Assembly: GCA_030620115.1 (NCBI GenBank)
Contig: JAUXFG010000003.1
Coordinates: 1 to 56,865 of the forward strand
Reading direction: 5' to 3'
Origin: Candidatus Fermentibacterota bacterium
Lineage (GTDB): Bacteria > JAFGKV01
DNA: 56,865 nucleotides
Shown here piece by piece: positions 36,187 to 44,127 of this stretch. Position 1 is the first letter of the stretch. Every line of letters begins with the position of its first letter. The notes under the pieces are model-generated. The model did no database searches, had not been told where the DNA came from, and saw nothing but the letters and a program-made list of their open reading frames with translations. Made by a program: the position numbers and the translations under genes.

Positions 36187-37617
36187 ATGAATGAGACCAC
36201 CTCTGTCATAGAAAGAGCGCCCCAGAATCCGCCTCTGGCCCATCCTCGCCCGGTTGGGCTTGTAATGGGTATCCTGGCCTCGGTAATTGCCGGGTTGCTG
36301 GTAACCAGGGTGGGCCCTCGAGCACTGCTCCTGATCCCCGTGCTCCTGATCGGTTGGCGAGTGATTCACAATCCCATATGGGCTCTGTCTTTGTATCTCG
36401 TGAGCGTGCCACTCTCCACCGCATCCGAAGCGCTTGTCGGCATCAGCATCACAAAGCTCGTCTTCGTGGTGCTTGTTCTCTCCTGGCTACTTGGCGCAAA
36501 GGGTCGCTTGCGGGCAAGAGAGACGGACATCCCGTTGTGGGGAGCCCTTTTTGTGGTGGTCTGTTTTGCGGCAAGCATCGTGAGCAAAGCGACGCTCCCT
36601 GGTCTTGCAAACACCGCACGCCTGGGTGGCTATGTGCTTCTTGTGATCATTTCGGCGGACCTTCTTCCTCGGCCTGGCGCACTCAAGAAGAGTCTCTACG
36701 CCATCTTGGTCCCTTCCCTTCCCTTTGTGATTCTGGGAATCTATCAGTTTGTCACTCATGGAACCATACTGGGCCTCGGACTCCACAGAGAGACAGGGGA
36801 TTTCGTGGTATGGAAGGGATTTGTCCAGGCCAGTGGTGTATTCGACCATCCCAATGTGTTTGCCACCTACCTGCTCGTGTATCTTTGTCTTGCCACGGGT
36901 TTAGGACTTCAGGCCGAGCGCTTGCGGGATCGCCTATTCTTTTTCGGCCTGGCGAGTCTGTCCTTCGGGGGCCTCCTTGTCACTTTTAGCCGCTCAGGTT
37001 GGGTCGGGCTCATGGCCTCGGCCGGTGCGTTTGTCCTGATCTATCCGCGATTCCTCAAGGCGGCTTTGGTATTGCTGCTGATTTTGGTTCTGCTCGTTCT
37101 CGTGCTCCCCGAAAAACAGGCAGAAGGTCTGACCAAACGAACCAGGCCTGAGATGGATGACTCCATGAGAGCCAGGGTTGGCGCTTACAAGTCGGCATGG
37201 AGGATGTTTGTCGACCACCCGCTTCTTGGTGTGGGGCTCGGGAGTTTCAATCGTCGATTCCTGGAGTACAAGGCGCCAGATGCCCGATTCCCCAAGAACT
37301 ATATCAGGGGCAGCGCCAAGGGCATGGAAGCCCATAGTACCTACTTGCAGCTCCTTGCCGAAACAGGCATACTGGGGCTTGCGGCATTCTTTGCGCTCAA
37401 CTTCAGTGTGGCATTTCAGCTAGTTCGGCTTCTCCGGCGCCACAGGGATGGTTTTGCCCGGGGCCTCGCCATAGGACTGGCAGCAGCGTTTGTGGGCCTT
37501 GTGGTCCAGAATGCCTTCAATAGTCAGGAGTACATCAAGGCTTTCTGGGTCGTCATCGCCCTCATCGCCGGGCTCAGCCAATGGGAGCCTCAACATGTCT
37601 CGGAATCTGGAATCTGA
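36187..37617 (+). CDS. O-antigen ligase / Wzy-type polymerase family membrane protein
   Basis: About 10-12 TM segments and the Wzy_C-like loop TFSRSGWVGLMASAGAF. Start set at ATG 36187 (MNETTSV). The ORF opens at TTG 36103, inside the heptamer tract. Confidence 0.8.
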   Translation: MNETTSVIERAPQNPPLAHPRPVGLVMGILASVIAGLLVTRVGPRALLLIPVLLIGWRVIHNPIWALSLYLVSVPLSTASEALVGISITKLVFVVLVLSWLLGAKGRLRARETDIPLWGALFVVVCFAASIVSKATLPGLANTARLGGYVLLVIISADLLPRPGALKKSLYAILVPSLPFVILGIYQFVTHGTILGLGLHRETGDFVVWKGFVQASGVFDHPNVFATYLLVYLCLATGLGLQAERLRDRLFFFGLASLSFGGLLVTFSRSGWVGLMASAGAFVLIYPRFLKAALVLLLILVLLVLVLPEKQAEGLTKRTRPEMDDSMRARVGAYKSAWRMFVDHPLLGVGLGSFNRRFLEYKAPDARFPKNYIRGSAKGMEAHSTYLQLLAETGILGLAAFFALNFSVAFQLVRLLRRHRDGFARGLAIGLAAAFVGLVVQNAFNSQEYIKAFWVVIALIAGLSQWEPQHVSESGI

Positions 37618-38335
37618 CAATCTGGATCTATGCACTATAGCGGATCGACTGGTGTGGGAGCTGAACCGCCTCACCTTCGCCCCGCCCATCACCCATGTGT
37701 ACAATCCACTGGAGTATGCCCTGCCATGCTATGAGCAATACGTATCTCTCTACGGGGCGCCGCCAAAGGAGGTTGTATTCCTCGGCATGAATCCCGGCCC
37801 CTGGGGAATGGCCCAGACCGGCATCCCGTTTGGAGAAGTTGAATTGGTGAGAGAATGGCTCGGTATCAAAGCACCGGTCTCAAGGCCCTCATTCGAACAC
37901 CTAAAGCGACCTATTCTTGGATTCTCATGTACCAGGCGGGAAGTTAGCGGAAAGCGCGTCTGGGGTTGGGCTCGCGACACATTCGGCACTGCGGAAGCCT
38001 TCTCCTCGAGGTTCTTCATCGCCAATTACTGCCCTCTTCTCTTCTTCGAGAAAGATGGGCGCAATCGGACGCCCGACCGGCTGGCCAAGCAGGAACGTGA
38101 ACTGCTTCTTGCCGTATGCGATGCCGCTCTCTTGCATACCATAGAATATCTCGCACCACGGCATGTGATTGCCTTCGGACGATTCGCCCATGGCCAGGCG
38201 ACACGGGCGCTGACAGGGTTTCCTGTCATGGTTTCGTCAGTTCCCCATCCGAGTCCCGCAAATCCTATAGCCAATAGGGGTTGGTCATCACTTCTCGACT
38301 CTCATCTGAAGGAGCTTGGTATCAGCACCGACTGA
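37595..38335 (+). CDS. SMUG1-type (family 3) uracil-DNA glycosylase
   Basis: FLGMNPGPWGMAQTGIPFGE (motif 1) and VPHPSPANP (motif 2). ATG 37595 overlaps the ligase 3' end by 23 nt. Confidence 0.85.
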   Translation: MSRNLESDNLDLCTIADRLVWELNRLTFAPPITHVYNPLEYALPCYEQYVSLYGAPPKEVVFLGMNPGPWGMAQTGIPFGEVELVREWLGIKAPVSRPSFEHLKRPILGFSCTRREVSGKRVWGWARDTFGTAEAFSSRFFIANYCPLLFFEKDGRNRTPDRLAKQERELLLAVCDAALLHTIEYLAPRHVIAFGRFAHGQATRALTGFPVMVSSVPHPSPANPIANRGWSSLLDSHLKELGISTD

Positions 38336-38556
38336 GCCTCAGAACGACTTCGTTCACAGGTCATACTGAGAAATTGCCGGAGAACGTCGTGAAGGTTGTC
38401 TTGATACCGCATGACAATCGTGAATTCATCCGCTGGAGGGCCACGCTCCGTCGTGGCCGCATATGCCCTACACCGCGGACGCGATGAAACGCGTCCCTCC
38501 ATCATACAAAGCAAAAGGGGGAGAAGGTTCGATGCACTGACTTGTTGAGAAGTACC

Positions 38557-38590
38557 AACCTTGAACCTCCGAACCTTGAACCTCCGAACG
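38557..38590. repeat. 15-nt direct repeat x2 (GAACC 7/8-nt periodicity)
   Basis: AACCTTGAACCTCCG at 38557-38571 and again at 38572-38586, then AACG. GTTCGAT sits just upstream at 38527-38533. Confidence 0.85.
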
Positions 38591-38717
38591 CCTACCTTGC
38601 ATCTGAGAAGGAACCTTCCTACATTTCCGCAGCTTTTGAAAAGGGAGGGCGGTCTCGGCTCTCCGTTGCGTCTTCAAGTAGAGAAAACAGATTCTCTTGT
38701 TGAAAGGAGCAGATACA

Positions 38718-39227
38718 GTGACAAAAAAGATTCTCTCTGTATGCCTCATGTGCCTTCTGGGCGCTTTTCTTGCGTGTGAGAAGGAACCGCGGATCCCTGT
38801 GGAACGAAAGCCGGCAGCCCCCAAGGAGGAGAAACCAGGCAAAGAGGCGGAAGCGCCCGTGAAGCACGGAGAGTTTGCCTATCTGATTTTGAAGACTGAA
38901 ACCCCACAACAGATGGAGATAGACACTCGCGTGCCCATTCTAGTGAACGTCAAGAACACCTCGAACCGGGTGTGGCCTCAGAAAGGCTCAATCAAGCTTG
39001 GGTATTACTGGACCGATCAAAAGGGCGAACGTATCAAGAAGATGGAGGGCAGAGCGCCCATGCGAAAGGAAGTGGAACCCGGCGCCATAGCGAGCCTCCG
39101 CCCAAGCGTCAAGACTCCTCTTGATCCGGGGAAGTATTTCCTCGTCTGGGATATGATCGAGGAGAATGTGGCCTGGTTTGGCTCTAAGGGCGCCACTCCG
39201 CTCCGCATACCAATCACCATTCAATAA
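38718..39227 (+). CDS. secreted/possible lipoprotein with Ig-like (NBR1/CARDB-like) domain
   Basis: GTG 38718 lies 8 nt after AAGGAG. Signal VTKKILSVCLMCLLGAFLAC. C-terminal pattern W..KG.I.LGYYW ... PG.YFLVWDM..E.V.WF..KG. Confidence 0.6.
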   Translation: MTKKILSVCLMCLLGAFLACEKEPRIPVERKPAAPKEEKPGKEAEAPVKHGEFAYLILKTETPQQMEIDTRVPILVNVKNTSNRVWPQKGSIKLGYYWTDQKGERIKKMEGRAPMRKEVEPGAIASLRPSVKTPLDPGKYFLVWDMIEENVAWFGSKGATPLRIPITIQ

Positions 39228-39239
39228 ATCTCTTCTTCA

Positions 39240-39280
39240 CCGCCGCCCGATCTCACATTTGGGCGGCGGCGTTATTTCAT
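39240..39280 (+). terminator. candidate intrinsic terminator
   Basis: CCGCCGCCC (39240-39248), 12-nt loop, GGGCGGCGG (39261-39269), then CGTTATTTCAT. It starts 13 nt after the stop at 39227. The loop is long and the T-tract is interrupted. Confidence 0.5.
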
Positions 39281-39349
39281 CTATCTTCGAGTCTTCCCCT
39301 CGCGACTTCAGCCGTTCCACCCCCCTGGGTGTCTCATTCTCTCCTCCTG

Positions 39350-39700
39350 CAGTCTCGGCCCAGCGCTATGGCTCAAGATAGGAATACAGGATCCCGTAGA
39401 GAGATTCCGGAACCGGAGCACCACCCTCGGTCATTGCGAGGAGCCCTTCGACAAGCTCAGGATAGAGTCCGTGACGAAGCAATCTCATGCTCTCAACTGA
39501 GATCGCCGCGCTACCGCTCGCGATGACCCCCGGCTCCACCCCCAGTCATTGCGAGGAGGGTAACGACGAAGCAATCTCATCCGCTTCATTGAGATCGCCG
39601 CGCGGAGTTTATGCTGCCTCCGGCCCGTAGGGCCTACGCCCCGGAGGGAGCGAAGTCGAAGTGCTCGCGATGACTCCCGAGCCTCAGTCATTGCGAGGGC
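39350..39700 (+). repeat. M3 palindromic-unit cluster (copy F3 plus a second variant unit)
   Basis: CAGTCTCGGCCCAGCGCTATGGCTCAAGATAGGAATACAGGATCCCGTAGAGAGATTCCGGAACC...GTCATTGCGAGGAGC...GACGAAGCAATCTCAT...CTCGCGATGAC (39350-39531). A second GTCATTGCGAGG...CTCGCGATGAC unit carries the CTCCGGCCCGTAGGGCCTACGCCCCGGAG palindrome. Confidence 0.8.
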
Positions 39701-39853
39701 CGTACCGGAAGTGTACACCATTTCCTGGTCTGTTCTGAAACATCCCCAAACACGGGAAATCCATTTGATTAAGTTCCTGCGCATATACTTAATTAGTTTC
39801 TGACGAGGCAATATGGCTTTTCTTGAAGGGTTCCACAGGGATGGCAGCGTGGC

Positions 39854-40618
39854 CTAGTACTTATGCAAACCCTTATTCTCACGTCCCACGATCCGATCAA
39901 CAAGCATCCCGTAGTCTTCTGCCCCATGTGAATCAGGCGCATACTCGAATATTGTTTTGCCATGTGCTGAGGCTTCGAGGATCTGCACGCTGCTCCTCAC
40001 AGGCGAACAGAGCTGCTTCGAGAAGTGTTTCTTCAGTAGCTTCAGGATGTCTTTGCTGTGCTGTACTCCCTTGTTGAGGAAGGTGGGCAGTATGTAGAGA
40101 TTCCCAACTGAAGGGTCGAATCCACCCGTTTTCTTGATCCGCTGGGCGAAATCCAAAAGGCCCTTGACCGAGAGAGCAGCCAAGGAAACCGGTATCAGGA
40201 CATCGTCTGCGTGGAAAAGCGCATTGACGGATAGTGAATCATAACCCGCTGCCGTATCATGAATAACGTAGTCATAATCGGCTTCTATGGGCTCCAGGGT
40301 ACGCTTCAAGGTCAATTCTCCGCCGGAGGGCTGCTGATCGATCCCCTTCCTGATATCGAGCAGCGCGAGACCTCCTGCGAGAAGATGTAGGTTGGATCTG
40401 GCTTTCATGATCGCTCTCACAGGAGATGCTTCACCGGACAGAAGCTCCGCCAGACCTACCTTTGGGATGACTCCAAGGAGCGCTCCCGCCTGTCCAAGCG
40501 TATCACAATCTACGAGAAGTGTCTTCCGCCCTCGGAGTGCCAACCCGTGAGCCAGATTGACGGCAGTTGTCGTCTTGCCAACACCGCCTTTGGTAAGGGA
40601 AACTGAAATCCTACGCAT
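39854..40618 (-). CDS. ParA/MinD-family P-loop ATPase (orphan, no ParB seen)
   Basis: Deviant Walker A SLTKGGVGKTTT, LLVDCD, YDYVIHDTAAG. 254 aa. Confidence 0.85.
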   Translation of the reverse strand: MRRISVSLTKGGVGKTTTAVNLAHGLALRGRKTLLVDCDTLGQAGALLGVIPKVGLAELLSGEASPVRAIMKARSNLHLLAGGLALLDIRKGIDQQPSGGELTLKRTLEPIEADYDYVIHDTAAGYDSLSVNALFHADDVLIPVSLAALSVKGLLDFAQRIKKTGGFDPSVGNLYILPTFLNKGVQHSKDILKLLKKHFSKQLCSPVRSSVQILEASAHGKTIFEYAPDSHGAEDYGMLVDRIVGRENKGLHKY

Positions 40619-40761
40619 CGTTTCTTATCCTCACATGTGAGACGAAGAGCCACTGATCCTGGTATTCCACAAACCCCATATCTTTGCTAGGGGCTACGAT
40701 GTCCCGAAGACTTCGTACCGCATGCAGTATAAAGGCACATCAGATGCATCACGGAGCGCTC

Positions 40762-40887
40762 TCATGGAGCGATCGAGTTCTTCTGCATTACGTCGAGGAT
40801 CATCGATGAAGCATGGACCGATGGGATCAATGCTGCCCACGCGGCAAAGATCAACCAAGCAGACAATGTCCTCTGATTTCTGGGCAT
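40762..40887 (-). CDS. hypothetical 41-aa signal-peptide-like small ORF
   Basis: ATG lies 4 nt after GAGGGAGG. Sequence MPRNQRTLSAWLIFAAWAALIPSVHA/SSMILDVMQKNSIAP. It sits 143 nt upstream of parA on the same strand. No homology recognised. Confidence 0.2.
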   Translation of the reverse strand: MPRNQRTLSAWLIFAAWAALIPSVHASSMILDVMQKNSIAP

Positions 40888-41136
40888 CAAACCTCCCTCA
40901 CTGTTTGCGGCTGGGGATTGCACACCAGCAGGCCTCATATTCTCTACGAAATAGATGCGCAGAAGATAGTCTCCGCCAGTGTGATGCACCAGCTCGGGAT
41001 CTGGCGCGGACCGTTCATATACGATCTCCTGCTATCCCACACATAATCCATAATGGAGTCGTTTGCTTGACATCACGGCTCTAACGGACCAACCTGTTCA
41101 GGATAGCATGCGTGGTGTCTTATTCGTGGAAGTGCA

Positions 41137-42303
41137 ATGATAAGAAGAGCAGTCTTTCTTACCCTCATCGCCATGGGCTGCAGCATCCCTTCGCCTAAAG
41201 CTCCTTCGTGGGATGTCACAGCCACACTGCCCATGGTGGCCAGGACGGTCCATGTCCGAGAGATGGCAGAAACCGAGGACGAATTCTTCTTCGGCGACTA
41301 CGGTCCTTGGCGATTCATGGACCAAGACAGCGTCCTCACAAGCGTTCTTTCCGATTCCATGGAGGCGGATTGGCAGGCCCTGCAAGATCTACCTTCCGAT
41401 GAACCGACCACCTTGGCTATCGGTCCAACCGACTGGGGCCGGAACCCCTTGGACGAGGTCGAAGGGCCTCATTTTTTCAGGGCCTGGCTCGAAGTCGAAG
41501 TCCACCACAATCTTCCGGGGAGCCTTTTCGTCGCCATAGATGTTGAGGGTTGGGATGACGAAATGCGATCTTGCGGCGAGCTGCATATAGAGGTATCCGC
41601 CGAAGCCTCTTTGGACGGTCAGGACATAGAGAATACCACCCTTTCAGCCGGAGACGACATTCTATCGTTCGTGAATCCGTGTGCATTCCACTCCGTACCT
41701 GACACTTTCAGTGCCAAAGGTTTCACCGGTTACTCCCCTATCGGGCTGCCCGTTGGCCCGGACGCCTTCCTTTTTGTAAAGGTCTCATTTCTCACTGCGC
41801 TCGACCTGGTATTCGAGACCACCACGGTAGTCAAGAGAGCCGAAGTCAAGCAGTTGATCATTTCGCCCGAGGACGATGACCTGGGCGACGCCGACATCTC
41901 CGGTGACATGACGAGCAGGATCAAGGAAGCTACGTTCGTTGCGAACGTCTTCAATAATTTCCCGGTTGGAGGCGAAGGATTTTTCAAACTGGCGCATGAT
42001 TCCCTGGCGCTGTCCACCAGCCCAGAGCTCGTGGTGGGGCCTTTCGAGATAAGGGCAGCGCCTTTCGACCCTGCCACCGGAAAACCGACAGGGGTCATCA
42101 CGTCCGGCAGCGAGGTCTTCCTGTCAGGGGATGATGTAGAGATCCTTCATAATCCCGGCCCTGGCAACGATACTCTGTATGCCTCGATAGAGTACGTACT
42201 AGCAGGTACCGGACAACAGAGGGTCTGCCTGTCGGCGCCTGATTCAATCCGATTGGAAGCAGCCGCCATCGTCAAGGCATTGGTGGATTTCGAAGATGAT
42301 TAG
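41137..42303 (+). CDS. hypothetical, probable lipoprotein
   Basis: MIRRAVFLTLIAMGCSIPS signal with Cys. 388 aa, acidic and beta-rich. No family recognised. 8-nt overlap with the next ORF. Confidence 0.6.
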   Translation: MIRRAVFLTLIAMGCSIPSPKAPSWDVTATLPMVARTVHVREMAETEDEFFFGDYGPWRFMDQDSVLTSVLSDSMEADWQALQDLPSDEPTTLAIGPTDWGRNPLDEVEGPHFFRAWLEVEVHHNLPGSLFVAIDVEGWDDEMRSCGELHIEVSAEASLDGQDIENTTLSAGDDILSFVNPCAFHSVPDTFSAKGFTGYSPIGLPVGPDAFLFVKVSFLTALDLVFETTTVVKRAEVKQLIISPEDDDLGDADISGDMTSRIKEATFVANVFNNFPVGGEGFFKLAHDSLALSTSPELVVGPFEIRAAPFDPATGKPTGVITSGSEVFLSGDDVEILHNPGPGNDTLYASIEYVLAGTGQQRVCLSAPDSIRLEAAAIVKALVDFEDD

Positions 42304-43567
42304 CGTGTCGTCAACGGATTTGAGTTCATATCTGCCGCAGAAAGGCCTTTCTCGAAATCTCGGCCTCCTTCTTTCCCTCATGATTGCTTTCCCCACATAC
42401 GCGGGGGCCATGGAAGAGACGTCATATCCAGCCGAGACGGTCACCGGCGGTGCAACGTGGATCCACAACCCCGCCCTATTGGGTTCGGATACAGATGGGC
42501 TATGGTCACTCCAGGTAATCGGAGCCAAAGCGTCACTCTCAAATAACTTGCTGAATCTGGATCTCTACGAAAAATACAATGGCAGATTTCTTTCCGAGGA
42601 GGACAAGGAAGATATCCTTGATAGAATCCCGGGGGATCAGGCAAAACTGGCCGTCCACGCTGGAGCGGAGGCACTGAGTTTCCGGTATGGTAGCTTTGGG
42701 TTTCAGACACGGAGCTTTGCAGGGGCTAACGGCGCCATGGATAAGGATTTCGTCGATCTCCTCTTCTTTGGGAACGAACTGGATCGACGATATGAGCTGC
42801 TCAATTCCGGTAGCGGCTTGGCCTACACATCGTTCGGTCCATCATATGGAAGACGCGCTGGAGAACTAGTCGATTGGAATGTGTCCTTGGGCGGAACTGT
42901 TCGCTACGTGATCGCATGGATGGGTGGCCAGGTAGTGGAGAGTCGCGGCGAGACCGTTACCCGAGTAGATGGCATCAGCGGGTGGGGAGAGACTGTCGTT
43001 CGCTACTCTGAGGGCACCGGCAGTGGTTTGGCTTTGGATCTCGGAATGTGGGCAATGAAGGAGAACTGGGAGCTGCAGCTATCACTGATTGACTTGGGCC
43101 CATCGATTTCATGGTCAAAGGGAAAAGAGAAGTGGTTCACCTTCGAATTCAAGGATTGGACCTTCGAAGAAGAGACCGAACAAGACGGCCATGCATACAC
43201 AAAAGAAGACTCCACCGTTGAAATCGCATCGTGGACAAGCCCCCTGCCTACCAGGATGCGGACATTGGTCGCGTACCATACCGACTGGGGTCAGATACAC
43301 CTTCTCTGGCTGCAGGGACTTCGAACCCGGGCAGGCGTGACTCGCACCCCTCGTTTCCAGGCCGGGACCGAATGGCGCGCGCAACCTTGGCTGCGGCCGA
43401 AATTCGCTCTACAGATCGGCAGCCCCGAGGGGATGGGGATTGCTTTCGGGCTCGGACTCGATGTCGGAGTCTTTCACGGGGATTTCTCCATCCTAGGCTT
43501 TAGGGTTCCTCCGTCCCGAAGCAAAAGCCTCGGCTTCGGCTTCAACCTCGCTTTTGGTTCGATCTAG
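42296..43567 (+). CDS. hypothetical, putative outer-membrane beta-barrel protein
   Basis: Signal LLLSLMIAFPTYAGA. Alternating-hydrophobic strands throughout (GLALDLGMWAM, WELQLSLIDLG, GIAFGLGLDVGVF, LGFGFNLAFG). Confidence 0.5.
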   Translation: MISVSSTDLSSYLPQKGLSRNLGLLLSLMIAFPTYAGAMEETSYPAETVTGGATWIHNPALLGSDTDGLWSLQVIGAKASLSNNLLNLDLYEKYNGRFLSEEDKEDILDRIPGDQAKLAVHAGAEALSFRYGSFGFQTRSFAGANGAMDKDFVDLLFFGNELDRRYELLNSGSGLAYTSFGPSYGRRAGELVDWNVSLGGTVRYVIAWMGGQVVESRGETVTRVDGISGWGETVVRYSEGTGSGLALDLGMWAMKENWELQLSLIDLGPSISWSKGKEKWFTFEFKDWTFEEETEQDGHAYTKEDSTVEIASWTSPLPTRMRTLVAYHTDWGQIHLLWLQGLRTRAGVTRTPRFQAGTEWRAQPWLRPKFALQIGSPEGMGIAFGLGLDVGVFHGDFSILGFRVPPSRSKSLGFGFNLAFGSI

Positions 43568-43756
43568 CCCGGACTTCTCACCGGCTTTCGAAAGCGAAGC
43601 GGCCGAGATGGTTCTGAATGCGAGGCTTGCGACGGAGGACCCCGCAGGCGTATCCGCTGCGATACGTCGAGGAGGCCGACGGAGCGTAACGAAGCCCCGC
43701 GTCGGACGCGGGATGCCATATCGGCCACTGCAGCCGAAAGTTGGTAAGAAATCCGG

Positions 43757-43896
43757 GCTAACCGTCCTCAATAGGTTGGAAACTTCACAAACGAGTCAAG
43801 TTTTGCAACGACGTTTGCGGGTTAGCTGCGAGGTGATGCTGGTTGGCAGAGCAGAGAATCCGACATCCAGAGACCAGGATCCAGTATCGCTGCGCC
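43757..43896 (-). repeat. M1 element, copy C (35-mer end present, hairpin missing)
   Basis: Reverse complement of the 35-mer at 43775-43809, followed by GTTAGCTGCGAGGTGATGCTGG. Similarity ends at ...TATCGCTGCGCC. Confidence 0.8.
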
Positions 43897-43905
43897 CGGA
43901 CTTCT

Positions 43906-44127
43906 GGGGGGTCATCGCGAGCGAAAGCGCGGCGATCTCAATGGGCAGATGAGATTGCTTCGTCGCGGGCTTTATCCTGCCTCCGGCCTGTAGGGCCTAC
44001 GCCCCGGAGGGAGCTTGTCGAAGGGCTCCTCGCAATGACTAAGGGTGGGGCTACGGTTCCGGAATCTCTCTACGGGATTCCGTATTCCTATCTTGAGCCG
44101 TAGTGTTGGGCCGAGACTGTAAATACC
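43906..44127 (-). repeat. M3 palindromic-unit repeat, copy F2 (with inserted CTCCGGCC..GGAG palindrome)
   Basis: Collinear with 18615-18780 plus a ~60-nt insert. It supplies the last ~24 codons and the stop of the 967-aa ORF. Confidence 0.8.

Noticed and set aside
39776-39803. dif-like XerC/D site, CCTGCGCATAT-ACTTAA-TTAGTTTCTGA, downstream of parA
   Set aside because: Only the XerC-side arm resembles GGTGCGCATAA. The XerD arm matches about half of TTATGTTAAAT, which is too weak without comparative support.
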